A stretch of DNA of 64,000 nt from Anaerolineales bacterium (GCA_034430795.1 DAOUDJ010000222.1:5481-69480), one strand, 5' to 3'; numbered from the stretch's first letter, positions 37,397 through 47,378 are shown. The notes: generated by a model not told the origin, from the letters alone. Program-made: numbers and translations.

Positions 37397-37825
37397 ATGG
37401 GGTCACTCGCAGATCTTATAATCGCGTTATCTAGCGATGCTCCGGCTATTGTAGCATCCGAATACCCACTCGGCACTTTCAAGGGCACCAATGTTGACGG
37501 GCTCGATCCGTTCAAACTTGCGGCACTTCATACCTTGTTCACCACAATGGATTTCAGTGATTTGCTTAAGCAATACCAGCCTGTTGCTGAGGCATCCGCC
37601 AGTGGCCCATGGCTTATCAAGTTTCCTGATGAACTGATTGCGTTTCTGGCCGACCTTGCCCCTCAAAACTTTGGATCCACTGCAGCCAAGTGGAGTGCCA
37701 CTGATCAGGTTCAGGTGGAAGGGTGGTCGGAGCAGGAAGCGGAACAGTTCCTCGCTCGCGCCGTAAATTTCGCTCAGATAGCAGTGTTTGAAGGGAAGGA
37801 TATTTTTCTCTGGATATACAACTGA
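37397..37825 (+). CDS. hypothetical soluble acidic protein (142 aa)
   Basis: ATG 37397 follows SD 'aaggaga' (37383-37389). The upstream part of ORF 37166.. overlaps the preceding gene and looks non-coding. No family recognised. Confidence 0.5.
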   Translation: MGSLADLIIALSSDAPAIVASEYPLGTFKGTNVDGLDPFKLAALHTLFTTMDFSDLLKQYQPVAEASASGPWLIKFPDELIAFLADLAPQNFGSTAAKWSATDQVQVEGWSEQEAEQFLARAVNFAQIAVFEGKDIFLWIYN

Positions 37826-38055
37826 TCGACAGTTGCTGCCTATCGCTGGAGACGACCAAGGATGCGGCGCGATTTGCTTACATGATTATATGATGGGGAT
37901 GCTTGGGGGTACAGGCGATGCTCCGGTACCCGGTCGCTCCCCACAAACCCCACTCCGCTTCGCTCCGGGGGCGCAAAGCAGAACGTGGGATTTCACTGCT
38001 CAAAGCCGTTATGTCTAAGGGAATCCTTAGTTGCGTGGTTGAGGAGGACTGAAGC

Positions 38056-38751
38056 TTGAAACCAAGGATGATCGCGATCGATGGACCTGCCGCCTCTGGA
38101 AAATCGACTCTAGCTCAGAACCTCGCCTCTGCGCTGGGTTATCTTTACTTTGATACCGGTGTGATGTACCGGGCGGTTACTTTGGCAGCCTTGATCTCCG
38201 ACACCCCTGTGAAGGATGAAGTTGGGGTAACCGCGATTGCAAATGAGCTGGATCTTGACGTTCAACCGCCAAGCTCCGATGACGGTCGCCAGTGTGATGT
38301 TCTCATGAATGGCGAGGATGTGACCTGGGAGATCCGTAGTCCAGCGGTGGACGAGAATGTATCACAAGTGTCTATGTATCCGGGAGTGCGTCAGGCGATG
38401 ACTGTGCGTCAACGCGAGATAGGTTTGCGGGGTGCAGTCGTGATGGTCGGCAGAGATATAGGAACAGTCGTCCTACCTGAGGCAGAATTAAAGATCTACT
38501 TGGATGCTTCCGTTGAAGCCAGAGCAAATCGGCGCTATGAGGAAAGTCTGCAGCGTGGAAATCCTGTGGAGTATGATGTGATCCTAAAAAGAATGCGCGA
38601 GCGGGACAGGCTCGATTCGACACGCACACTAGCGCCTCTGCGACCCGCTGATGATGCTGTAATACTCGACTCGACCAAGCTATCCATCCACGATGTATTT
38701 GAGAAGGCGCTCGAGCTCGCAGAAGACGTTAATCAACATGGGGAAGATTAA
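38056..38751 (+). CDS. cmk: cytidylate kinase
   Basis: P-loop 'IAIDGPAASGKST' and 'YFDTGVMYRAVT'. TTG 38056 lies 7 nt after SD 'gaggagga'; alternative ATG at 38068. Confidence 0.93.
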   Translation: MKPRMIAIDGPAASGKSTLAQNLASALGYLYFDTGVMYRAVTLAALISDTPVKDEVGVTAIANELDLDVQPPSSDDGRQCDVLMNGEDVTWEIRSPAVDENVSQVSMYPGVRQAMTVRQREIGLRGAVVMVGRDIGTVVLPEAELKIYLDASVEARANRRYEESLQRGNPVEYDVILKRMRERDRLDSTRTLAPLRPADDAVILDSTKLSIHDVFEKALELAEDVNQHGED

Positions 38752-38752
38752 T

Positions 38753-39445
38753 ATGCGGGGAAATACAGCCGATAGTGATTTTTCGCTCCCCTGGTATTCT
38801 CGGGTGTTCCGACCTGTGTCTCGATTTTTCTTTCGCAACTTATTCCGATTGCTAAGTCGGGTCCATATTACAGGCACCGAAAACATACCGGAAGAGGGGG
38901 CGTACGTCATTGCTGTAAACCACGTCTCGATTTTCGAACCTCCGCTAATTACCTCATTCTGGCCACATTCGATCGAGGTGGCAGGCGCCGTTGAAATTCT
39001 CGAGCGACCGATTCAGAGTCAGATCATGCGGCTTTATGGAACGATCCCTGTTCATCGTGGGCGGTTTGATCGCCAACTACTTAAAGCGATGGTGGGGAGA
39101 TTAAAGGCCGGGCGACCGGTTCTCATTTTCCCGGAAGGCACACGTTCGCGTAAACCGGGTTTGCAGCAGGCTTCCACAGGCGCAGCTTATATCGCCGCCA
39201 AGGCCGGGGTTAACGTTCTGCCGGTGGGGATCGCAGGGACGGCAATCCTTGCAGACGAGATCCGTAAATTCCGACGAACACAACTTATGATGTCGATCGG
39301 CGAGATGATTGACCTGCAAGCGATTCCATGGCGATCGGCCGAGCGAAAGGAGATATTACGTTTGCAGACGGATAAGATAATGTATGCGATCGCGGATCTG
39401 CTACCGAGAGCATATCAAGGTTTGTACGCGGGGGGATCGCGATGA
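38753..39445 (+). CDS. plsC: 1-acyl-sn-glycerol-3-phosphate acyltransferase
   Basis: 'NHVSIFEPP' (HX4D/E block) and 'FPEGTRS'. ATG 38753 lies immediately after the cmk stop with 'ggggaag' upstream. The ORF is open from 38693. Confidence 0.82.
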   Translation: MRGNTADSDFSLPWYSRVFRPVSRFFFRNLFRLLSRVHITGTENIPEEGAYVIAVNHVSIFEPPLITSFWPHSIEVAGAVEILERPIQSQIMRLYGTIPVHRGRFDRQLLKAMVGRLKAGRPVLIFPEGTRSRKPGLQQASTGAAYIAAKAGVNVLPVGIAGTAILADEIRKFRRTQLMMSIGEMIDLQAIPWRSAERKEILRLQTDKIMYAIADLLPRAYQGLYAGGSR

Positions 39446-40173
39446 TCTCGATGAAAAGTGAAAATCGGATTTCCCGCAGCGAAGAGTACGATCATCAAGC
39501 ACTTGAGAATACCAGGAAGACTTTACGCTGGATGATTAAGTACATCGGCTTTCGCATTCTAGCAAAGTACGAAGGCGCAGAAGGCTTAGAGAATTTCCTC
39601 GCTGAGGGTCCGGTAATTGTGATGATCAACCATATCGCCTTAATCGACCCAGCCGTGGTCCTTGGCGTGCTGCCCAGAAGTGTGGTTCCAATGGCGAAAA
39701 TCGAAATATTCCGTTACCCAGTCTTCGGATACCTCGCAAAACTGTGGCAGGTCATCCCGGTTCGTAGGCAAGAGTTCGATGTGCGGGCGGTACGTCAAGC
39801 GCTTGGCGTATTAAAAGCAGGGGAATGTATCCTTGTGGCGCCTGAAGGTACACGCAGCCCGTCGCTCCAGAAAGGTAAAGAGGGTGTCGCCTACCTCGGG
39901 TTGAAGAGCGGGGCGCCAATCATCCCCGTTGCTGTCACAGGCTCGAAAGGCTTTCCTACATTGAACCCACTACGCTGGCTTCGAACAGGTGTTTTTGTGA
40001 AGTTAGGACGAGCTTTCAGGTTCATTAACAGGAAGGGACGATTTGAGCTTGAAGATCTGCGTCTCATGACGGATGAAGCGATGTATGTCCTGGCTGAGTT
40101 GCTCCCCGAAGACCATCGGGGGGTCTATAGCGATCTTTCAAAGGCTACAACCCAGACCATCGAATTCGTATAG
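39442..40173 (+). CDS. second PlsC-family lysophospholipid acyltransferase
   Basis: ATGA overlap with the previous gene. 'NHIALIDPAV' and 'APEGTRS' blocks. Confidence 0.82.
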   Translation: MISMKSENRISRSEEYDHQALENTRKTLRWMIKYIGFRILAKYEGAEGLENFLAEGPVIVMINHIALIDPAVVLGVLPRSVVPMAKIEIFRYPVFGYLAKLWQVIPVRRQEFDVRAVRQALGVLKAGECILVAPEGTRSPSLQKGKEGVAYLGLKSGAPIIPVAVTGSKGFPTLNPLRWLRTGVFVKLGRAFRFINRKGRFELEDLRLMTDEAMYVLAELLPEDHRGVYSDLSKATTQTIEFV

Positions 40174-40360
40174 CCATAATTATTACGGTGATCTCTTACA
40201 AATAACCGAGGCCGGGCGCATTTAAAGGGCATCGATGCGAAGAACAAGGACCCAACGATAGGAGGTCCTATTCCAGAACTGCAGTGAGCTGTGTATAATC
40301 TTGAGCGAAGAACGTATTTAGATTGAGAGGTGGTTGGCAGAAAGAGCACCGTTGGAAAGG

Positions 40361-40590
40361 GTAGCGCGAGGCCCCGATTATTCGGGGAGACGAGGAAGAG
40401 GGTTCCCTGCCGCAGGGCAGGGCTAACCGAAGGATCGGGAGGCTCTCAACCTCCGGACCGGGAAAATCGAAGGATCAGCGGATGCCCTCTGGGTGTACCA
40501 CACGCCCACACCTTTCCTTACGAAGCAATAACCCAGCAGTCAATACTGGCCCGGTAACGGGTCGGGCAACGCTGAAGGGAGTGGGAATTC
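40361..40590 (+). ncRNA. glmS: glmS ribozyme (GlcN6P-dependent self-cleaving riboswitch)
   Basis: Core strings occur in canonical order directly upstream of glmS: 'A/GCGCG' cleavage region (40363), short P1 hairpin GGCCCCG...CGGGG, 'GACGAGGA' (40389-40396), 'AUCGAAGGAUCAGCGGAUGCC' (40466-40486), then the downstream P3/P4 region. Boundaries are approximate. Confidence 0.75.
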
Positions 40591-40619
40591 GTTGATAAAT
40601 AACAATCTGGAGGCTGTGC

Positions 40620-42461
40620 ATGTGTGGCATCGTAGGCTATGTTGGCTCGCGTGATGCGACTCCCATCATCTATGACGGGCTGAAACGATTAGAGTATCGG
40701 GGCTATGACTCGGCGGGTATCGCTGTAATTGAAGATGGTGAGATAAAAATACGGCGAGATGCAGGGAAACTGAACCGCCTTGGTGAACTACTGCTCAAAG
40801 ACCCGATTAATGGTCATATTGGAATAGGGCATACACGCTGGGCCACTCATGGTGAACCCAGCGCACGGAATGCCCATCCTCATGTGGGTGAGTCGGGCCG
40901 AGTTGTGATTGTTCATAACGGTATCGTTGAAAACTTCCTTGCTCTCCGCGATGAATTGGCCGCGGAAGGGGCTTCGTTCAATTCCGATACAGATACGGAA
41001 ATCATCGTCCTGTTGGTTGAACGTTACATGGCAATGGGACATGATCTGACCGAGGCAGCGAGGAGGGCGATATCGAATCTTGATGGAGCCCATGGGATCG
41101 TTTTACTCTCCGTAGATGAACCGGACAAGATCGTCGCTGCCCGGGTGGGAAATGCTGGGGGGGTCGTTCTGGGAATCGGTGAAGATGAAATGTTCATCGC
41201 TTCTGATATCCCCGCGATTCTCGAGCACACACGCAAAATGGCTTTCCTTGAGGCGGAGCAAATGGCGGTCGTGACAGCAAACGGTTATAAAATTATGACG
41301 CTAGCAGGCGATGATGTTAGCCTTGAGATCCATAATGTGCCCTGGGATCCTGTCTCAGCAGAGAAGGGGGAGTACAAACACTTCATGTTGAAGGAGATCT
41401 TCGAACAGGTTCGCTCGACCACCGATACCATTGCTGGCCGGGTAGATTTTAATGAAGGTCAGATTAATCTACATCAACTCAATATAACACCTGAGCTGGT
41501 CCAGCGAATTGACAAAATCATCATCACAGCATGTGGCACGGCAGCGCATGCCGGGATGGTCGGCCGGCACCTTATCGAGCGCATCGCCCGCATCCCTGTG
41601 CAGGTGGAGATAGCATCAGAGTTTCGCTATCAGGATCCGCTGGTGGATGAAAATACAGTGGTTCTTGCCATCAGCCAATCAGGGGAGACGGCTGATACAC
41701 TGGCGGCGATGAAAGAGGGGCGCGATCGAGGGGCGACGCTATGGAGTATTGTGAACGCGATCGGCTCGCAAGCCATGCGTATAGCCGATGGAACTATAAG
41801 CATGCAGGCCGGGCCGGAGATCGGTGTTGCCTCGACCAAGGCTTTCACAGCGCCTTTGATCGATCTATACATGCTCGCAATCTTGCTTGGAGACATGCGC
41901 GGGACGCTTGATAAAACGCGCAGAATGGAGCTCGTGCGAGATTTGCGACGTATCCCTGACCTCGTCGGGCAATGCCTGGATCGCGCGGATGATATTGAGA
42001 AGGTGGCTTGGGAACTTAAGGAAGCGGAACATTGTCTCTACCTTGGTCGCGGCATCAATATGCCCATCGCCTACGAAGGGGCATTAAAGATCAAGGAGAT
42101 ATCCTATATCCACGCCGAGGCCTATCCGGCGGGTGAGATGAAGCATGGGCCGATTGCATTGATCGATGAGAATATGCCGGTCATCGCAATTGCGCCAAAA
42201 GATCCCTGGTATGAAAAAATGCTCAGTCAGATCGAGCAGACGAAAGCGCGGGGAGGCAACGTCATCGCCGTAGCGACGGATGGAGATGATTTGCTGCAGG
42301 AAATTGCGGATCATATACTATGGGTGCCGGAGACTCCCTGGCTGCTAAGTCCAGTGACGACGATCATCCCGCTTCAATTACTGGCATACCACACAGGGGT
42401 ACTGCGTGGTGCAGATGTGGACCAGCCTCGCAATCTCGCCAAGAGTGTGACCGTAGAGTAA
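40620..42461 (+). CDS. glmS: glutamine--fructose-6-phosphate aminotransferase
   Basis: 'MCGIVGYVG' Ntn start, SIS domains and C-terminal 'DQPRNLAKSVTVE'. Confidence 0.97.
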   Translation: MCGIVGYVGSRDATPIIYDGLKRLEYRGYDSAGIAVIEDGEIKIRRDAGKLNRLGELLLKDPINGHIGIGHTRWATHGEPSARNAHPHVGESGRVVIVHNGIVENFLALRDELAAEGASFNSDTDTEIIVLLVERYMAMGHDLTEAARRAISNLDGAHGIVLLSVDEPDKIVAARVGNAGGVVLGIGEDEMFIASDIPAILEHTRKMAFLEAEQMAVVTANGYKIMTLAGDDVSLEIHNVPWDPVSAEKGEYKHFMLKEIFEQVRSTTDTIAGRVDFNEGQINLHQLNITPELVQRIDKIIITACGTAAHAGMVGRHLIERIARIPVQVEIASEFRYQDPLVDENTVVLAISQSGETADTLAAMKEGRDRGATLWSIVNAIGSQAMRIADGTISMQAGPEIGVASTKAFTAPLIDLYMLAILLGDMRGTLDKTRRMELVRDLRRIPDLVGQCLDRADDIEKVAWELKEAEHCLYLGRGINMPIAYEGALKIKEISYIHAEAYPAGEMKHGPIALIDENMPVIAIAPKDPWYEKMLSQIEQTKARGGNVIAVATDGDDLLQEIADHILWVPETPWLLSPVTTIIPLQLLAYHTGVLRGADVDQPRNLAKSVTVE

Positions 42462-42485
42462 TCAAGAGTTCACAGAAAGAGGACG

Positions 42486-42516
42486 GGGGCTGTCCCAATA
42501 GGGCAGCCCCTGTTTA
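42486..42516 (+). terminator. candidate glmS terminator
   Basis: GGGGCTG(T)CCC-aata-GGGCAGCCCC stem with one bulge, followed by a weak 'tgttt' tract. Confidence 0.45.
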
Positions 42517-42843
42517 CGTGTTGGGTGTCGGTGTGAAGGCGGGAGGGCTTCTCGGGGTTCTATCTAAAGCCACAAGCAGAGCTTGCGCACTCCAGAACGC
42601 GGCTTACAGGCCGAGAATCGCTCAACGAATCAGTGGGCCGATTTTGTTGATCCCATTCACAATGACAATTTCGGGGCGCATATGGGTGCGCGCGTACGAA
42701 ATAGGTAGGGACCCGGCATTGCCGTGCCCCTATAGGTCTTGAAAATGGACAAAGAACGGGCCGACGCACGGGCAGGTCCTAACGATTTTCTTATGTATGG
42801 GCGCACCTGTGTGTTGGCCGGTTTCCGAGCGGGATTGGAAACG

Positions 42844-44901
42844 TCAACCTCTGGGAGTCCCGGCGTCGGCAATGAGTTTTTTCAGTTGTTCCGGGTTGGT
42901 GGTGGGGAGCTGGCATGCGAAGCCCTGGCATAGAAAGGCTGTCGGGTTACCGTCGAGAGGTTCACGGTTGGAAAGTAGTGCAGGGGCTTCATCATCGTGC
43001 TGCAGCCCTCCTGCGCGCACCATGCGGGGTAAGAAAAGCTGATCGCTCACCTGCATGAGGGCCTGGAACTTTTCGTCGGCGGGGTTTCCCATCAGGGCCA
43101 GTTGAAGCTGTGGACCGAGGGCAAAATCTAGCGCGTTTAGCCAGGCCGCGAAGGATGACGGAATACGCTCCGCAGTGGTCACCACATTTCGAAGCGCGAC
43201 GCTGGCCGCCTCGGCGTAATGTTCGTCGCCATTCAACGCGGCAAGTTTCAAGAGCAGTGAAACGGCCAGGCTATTCCCGCTCGGTATTGGCGTGTCCTGG
43301 ATAGATTTCGGTCTGGAGATCAACTGCTCATGGTCGTCACGCGTATCGAAAAAACCGCCTATAGGATCGCTGAAGTGAGCCAATATTTCTTCCGCGCATT
43401 TAACCGAAGCCCTGAACCAGCGATTGTTGAAATCTACCTGATAGAGCGCGAGCATCCCCTCTCCAAGTGCAGCGTGGTCCTCCAAATATGCAGAATGCTG
43501 CGCCTTTCCTTCCCGCCAGCTGCGCATGAGCTTCCCGTCCACGTAAAGTTTCGTCAGGAGGAAATCGGCAAGTTGTTGAGCGGCAGAGAGATACTCAGCA
43601 CGACCCGAAACGCGTGCCGCTTCGGCAAGCGTTGCCAGGGCAAGACCATTCCAGGAAGTCAGCACCTTATCATCCGTCGCTGGCCTAGCCCGCTTGCTCC
43701 GCGCCTCCAATAGTTCTCGGTTGATATTTGAGAGCTGCTCGAGCAGCTCCTGCTCGGGTAAACCGATACGCTCGGCGATGGTTTCCAACTTTTCAGGAAG
43801 ATTAAGGATATTCATGCCCTCGAAATTTCCATCTTCTGTCACGCCGAAGATATCCAAAGCCATCTCCGCGCGCGCGGGATCTTGAATAGCTTTCCTGATT
43901 TCTGCAGGCGTCCAGACATAGAACTTGCCTTCTTCACCTTCCGAATCCGCGTCAAGAGAGGCGTAAAAACCCCCGTTTGTATGGCGCATTTCACGCATCA
44001 GGAAACCGAGTATCCCCTCAACGACATGCCAGAAAAACGGATTGCTCGTCTCCTGCCAGGCGTGTAGATACACCTGGGCAAGCAGCGCATTATCATAGAG
44101 CATCTTTTCGAAGTGGGGTGTGAGCCAGACTGCATCTACAGAATAGCGATGGAAGCCCCCTCCTACTTGATCGTAGATTCCACCACGGGCCATACGTTCC
44201 AGCGTGAGTGTTGCCATCTCGAGGGCCAGTTTATCCTGGTAACGATTGTGCCGTATCAAAAGATTCTCAATTGCGCTTGACTGCGGGAATTTGGGAGCCC
44301 CGCCCCAGCCACCGTGCTCCCAATCGAATGAGTGAAACAAATTCTCTGCTGCATGATCGAGAATCTGAAGGTTCAATTCGTCAGCACTTTCAGGGAGATC
44401 TGGCTTGATGGAGATGCGGTCTGTCAGGTTCTCGCCTATTGAGACTAGCTGCTCGCGGTTGCTTTGCCACTCCGTATGAATGTGTTCCAACACCTCACGG
44501 AAGGAGGGGATGTTATAACGACGTTCCGGCGGGAAGTACGTGCCTCCATAGAATGGCTTGCCCTCGGGAGTCAGGAATACAGACATCGGCCATCCACCCT
44601 GGCCGGTCATGGCAACAACCGCGTCCATATAAATTGTGTCCACGTCGGGGCGCTCTTCCCGGTCGACTTTAACGTTAATGAAGTGTTCGTTCATTAGTGC
44701 GGCAGTATTGGCATCCTCGAAGGATTCATGCGCCATAACATGACACCAATGACAAGCCGCGTATCCGATGCCGAGGAAGATTGGCTTTCCTTGTTCTTGA
44801 GCCGCCTTAAATGCTTCAGATCCCCATGGATACCAGTCCACTGGATTCTCTGCATGTTGAAGGAGATAGGGGGAAGTCTCATCTGTGAGTCGATTGGGCA
44901 T
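42844..44901 (-). CDS. thioredoxin-domain protein YyaL / DUF255 (SSP411-like) with six-hairpin glycosidase-like domain
   Basis: '[29 protein letters not shown]...[11 protein letters not shown]' is the DUF255 signature. 685 aa. Confidence 0.9.
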   Translation of the reverse strand: MPNRLTDETSPYLLQHAENPVDWYPWGSEAFKAAQEQGKPIFLGIGYAACHWCHVMAHESFEDANTAALMNEHFINVKVDREERPDVDTIYMDAVVAMTGQGGWPMSVFLTPEGKPFYGGTYFPPERRYNIPSFREVLEHIHTEWQSNREQLVSIGENLTDRISIKPDLPESADELNLQILDHAAENLFHSFDWEHGGWGGAPKFPQSSAIENLLIRHNRYQDKLALEMATLTLERMARGGIYDQVGGGFHRYSVDAVWLTPHFEKMLYDNALLAQVYLHAWQETSNPFFWHVVEGILGFLMREMRHTNGGFYASLDADSEGEEGKFYVWTPAEIRKAIQDPARAEMALDIFGVTEDGNFEGMNILNLPEKLETIAERIGLPEQELLEQLSNINRELLEARSKRARPATDDKVLTSWNGLALATLAEAARVSGRAEYLSAAQQLADFLLTKLYVDGKLMRSWREGKAQHSAYLEDHAALGEGMLALYQVDFNNRWFRASVKCAEEILAHFSDPIGGFFDTRDDHEQLISRPKSIQDTPIPSGNSLAVSLLLKLAALNGDEHYAEAASVALRNVVTTAERIPSSFAAWLNALDFALGPQLQLALMGNPADEKFQALMQVSDQLFLPRMVRAGGLQHDDEAPALLSNREPLDGNPTAFLCQGFACQLPTTNPEQLKKLIADAGTPRG

Positions 44902-45149
44902 ATTGTAGCCTTTCTATTGTGGCTCAAATACAGGACAGGAGTGTGGATTTATGGTTCATCATCAAGCAAACCATCATCGTTTTTGCTTGCAAGACAGCTT
45001 AATTATAAAGTACTTGAGGAACAATTTTGCTGCTCTGGGCTCGAGGTGCCTTCTCGACGGAAACGAAAAACGGGGTTTCCCCCTTACTTACTTCTCGGAA
45101 ATCTAAATATTTGAACCGTCTCCGCGCTTGGCATTGATGAAGTGGTAGA

Positions 45150-45554
45150 ATGGCGCGCATGAGAACACGAGAACTGCCTATCATAGTCCGCTGGGTCCCA
45201 TCTATCGTGATGATGGGGGCAATCTTCTTCTTCTCCTCGCTCCCGGCAGATCGGATTCCATCTTTTGGTGAATGGGACTTATGGATTAAAAAGGCTGGGC
45301 ATGCAAGTGGGTACGCACTGCTCGGATTGGCTTACTACTTTGCGCTCCCGCCACGCCTTTCATCAGGGTTTCGATGGGTTCTGGCTATGATTCTGGCGAT
45401 CTTATTCGCTTTAAGTGATGAGTTCCACCAATCCTTTATTTTGGGTCGCAACTCGAGTGTAATCGATGTGGGCATCGATGCCATCGGCGCAGCAATTGCC
45501 CTCACAGTCGCTGCCCTCTACTCGTCAAACTCGAACTCGAATTCCTCGATTTGA
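45150..45554 (+). CDS. vanZ: VanZ-family membrane protein
   Basis: 'KAGHASGYALLG' and 'LSDEFHQSFILGRNSSVIDVGIDAIGA'. The start may be ATG 45159. Confidence 0.8.
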   Translation: MARMRTRELPIIVRWVPSIVMMGAIFFFSSLPADRIPSFGEWDLWIKKAGHASGYALLGLAYYFALPPRLSSGFRWVLAMILAILFALSDEFHQSFILGRNSSVIDVGIDAIGAAIALTVAALYSSNSNSNSSI

Positions 45555-46285
45555 TCCACTTGCCAACCATTGGCTCGGATCAGTTTTATATCGCCAAACA
45601 TTTCCTCTTGCTGCACTTCGACTTGGTCCTGTTTAATTAATTCCAGGACCGCAAGGAGGGATACCACGATCTCTAAACGCGAGCGCGCGTTTTTTATCAA
45701 CTTGCGGAAAGAGAGTTGGCTTACATCTTTGAGAGAATGGATGATGCTTAAAATCTTATCTCTCACGCTCACACGCGGTGTTGATACATTTTCCTCGAGC
45801 GTTGGCATCCTGTGGACGTTCTTCAGCGCTTCGAGCATCGCCTGAAAAAGATCATCAAGTTGGAATTCCTGCATGTCGATCTTCGGATCGATGACGGGGG
45901 GAGGGGCGAACCGGATGTAGGCACGCAGTCCCGCTTCCTCACGCTCGGAGAGTAGGATCGCAACCTGCTTGTATTTCTTATAGGCCACAAGCTGCCGCGC
46001 CAGCGCATCCCCGGGGTCTTCCTCGCCAGGTTCACGTAAAGGCGGTCTCGGGAGCAATGCTTCGGATTTAATTTGAATTAAGCGCGCGGCCATGACCAAG
46101 AAGGATGCAAGGTCCTCTAATTGACGATCCTGAATTTGCTTGATGTAGGTCAGATATTGGTCGGTGACTTCCGCGAGCGAGACTTTCGTGATATCCAACT
46201 CCGCGTGTTCGATCAGATTGAGGAGCAGATCAAGCGGACCTTCGTAGACAGGGAGTTGGATTGTGTAAATGGGAGGTGAGGGCAT
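45518..46285 (-). CDS. scpA: segregation and condensation protein A (kleisin)
   Basis: 'VYEGPLDLLLNLIEHAELDITKVSLAEVTDQYL' is a canonical ScpA N-terminus. Confidence 0.9.
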   Translation of the reverse strand: MPSPPIYTIQLPVYEGPLDLLLNLIEHAELDITKVSLAEVTDQYLTYIKQIQDRQLEDLASFLVMAARLIQIKSEALLPRPPLREPGEEDPGDALARQLVAYKKYKQVAILLSEREEAGLRAYIRFAPPPVIDPKIDMQEFQLDDLFQAMLEALKNVHRMPTLEENVSTPRVSVRDKILSIIHSLKDVSQLSFRKLIKNARSRLEIVVSLLAVLELIKQDQVEVQQEEMFGDIKLIRANGWQVDQIEEFEFEFDE

Positions 46286-46288
46286 CGA

Positions 46289-46750
46289 TCAGAGTAGGAT
46301 GATGATTAAGCTTGAAACGGCGACTATGGCTAAGAAAATACCGAGTCCGATCCTGACATAGCGAAAAAGTTGACGATCGGCTTCTTGCTGTATTAATGCG
46401 GCTTCACGTTCGGCAGTCTTTCGCTTACGATCGATCTCGATGAAATTCTCCATGCGAACTTCCGAGGAGCGCGCCTCGGCTGCTTTCAACTCGTTGGCTG
46501 TATTGCGAGCCTGGTCCAGGCGCCAGGTGCGGGTTGAAGGGTTGTGTCGTGATACAACTCTACTGAAGATGGTGAGGGGTTCTCGGCAGTTCTCACATTT
46601 ATTAGCCTCGAGCGGATTATGCTTTCCGCAAGCAGAGCAAACGAGCTTGCCATCGATAATGCTCGCTTTGCAATGCTGGCATCGATACACGGATCGTTCG
46701 ATTTCGACCAGTTTTTCTTCTGAACAAATGGGGCATACGTAGGTTGGCAT
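46289..46750 (-). CDS. zinc-ribbon protein with C-terminal membrane anchor
   Basis: Three CxxC pairs (CPIC, CQHC, CSAC/CENC), a coiled-coil segment and a C-terminal TM 'GLGIFLAIVAVSSLIIILL'. Its stop is 3 nt upstream of scpA. Confidence 0.6.
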   Translation of the reverse strand: MPTYVCPICSEEKLVEIERSVYRCQHCKASIIDGKLVCSACGKHNPLEANKCENCREPLTIFSRVVSRHNPSTRTWRLDQARNTANELKAAEARSSEVRMENFIEIDRKRKTAEREAALIQQEADRQLFRYVRIGLGIFLAIVAVSSLIIILL

Positions 46751-46918
46751 ATGCTCTTGAGCTTTCGATGGAGGACTATATAAATTATAACACCCATCGA
46801 ATCGAGCATTCTGCTTTTATCTCTTCATAATGTAACTTTTTTTGTGGTTTTGAATCTAATCTAAATTGGGGAATTGGTGGTTATAATTCCCGGTGAGAAT
46901 ACTCATGAGGAGTGCAAG

Positions 46919-47263
46919 ATGATTGAAGAACCGATAAATGTTGCCGATGACAATTTTGAGAAGACTGTTCTGCAGTCTGAGCTCCCTGTAATCGTAGACT
47001 TCTGGGCACCGTGGTGTGGTCCGTGCAAGATGGTAGGACCAATCCTAGAGACGATTGCGAAGGACTATGCTGGTAAGCTCATCGTAGCAAAAGTGAACAC
47101 CGATGAAAACCCGAAATGGGCGATGGAATATGGCGTGCAGGGGATTCCGACGATGTTGCTTATTGCTAACGGGAATGTCGTGCACCAGCAAGTCGGCGCA
47201 GTTCCCGAGCCTTTCCTGAAGGACATGGTTGACACTTTCTTGGAGACCGCTGGAGCTGAGTAA
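46919..47263 (+). CDS. trxA: thioredoxin
   Basis: 'VIVDFWAPWCGPCKM' active site. ATG 46919 follows 'gaggag'. Confidence 0.95.
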   Translation: MIEEPINVADDNFEKTVLQSELPVIVDFWAPWCGPCKMVGPILETIAKDYAGKLIVAKVNTDENPKWAMEYGVQGIPTMLLIANGNVVHQQVGAVPEPFLKDMVDTFLETAGAE

Positions 47264-47318
47264 TTCCAACAACGCGCCATCGTCATCGAAATGCAAATTC
47301 GCGTTAAGTAATAACGAG

Positions 47319-47360
47319 AAACGACCTGAAGAGTGATTAGTTTCTTCAGGTCGTTTTTTA
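47319..47360. terminator. strong bidirectional rho-independent terminator (trxA / fabH)
   Basis: 12-bp stem ACGACCTGAAGA / TCTTCAGGTCGT (47321-47332 / 47343-47354) with TTTTTT downstream and an A-rich tract upstream. Confidence 0.85.
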
Positions 47361-47378
47361 CGGTGTTATCCGCAGCGT

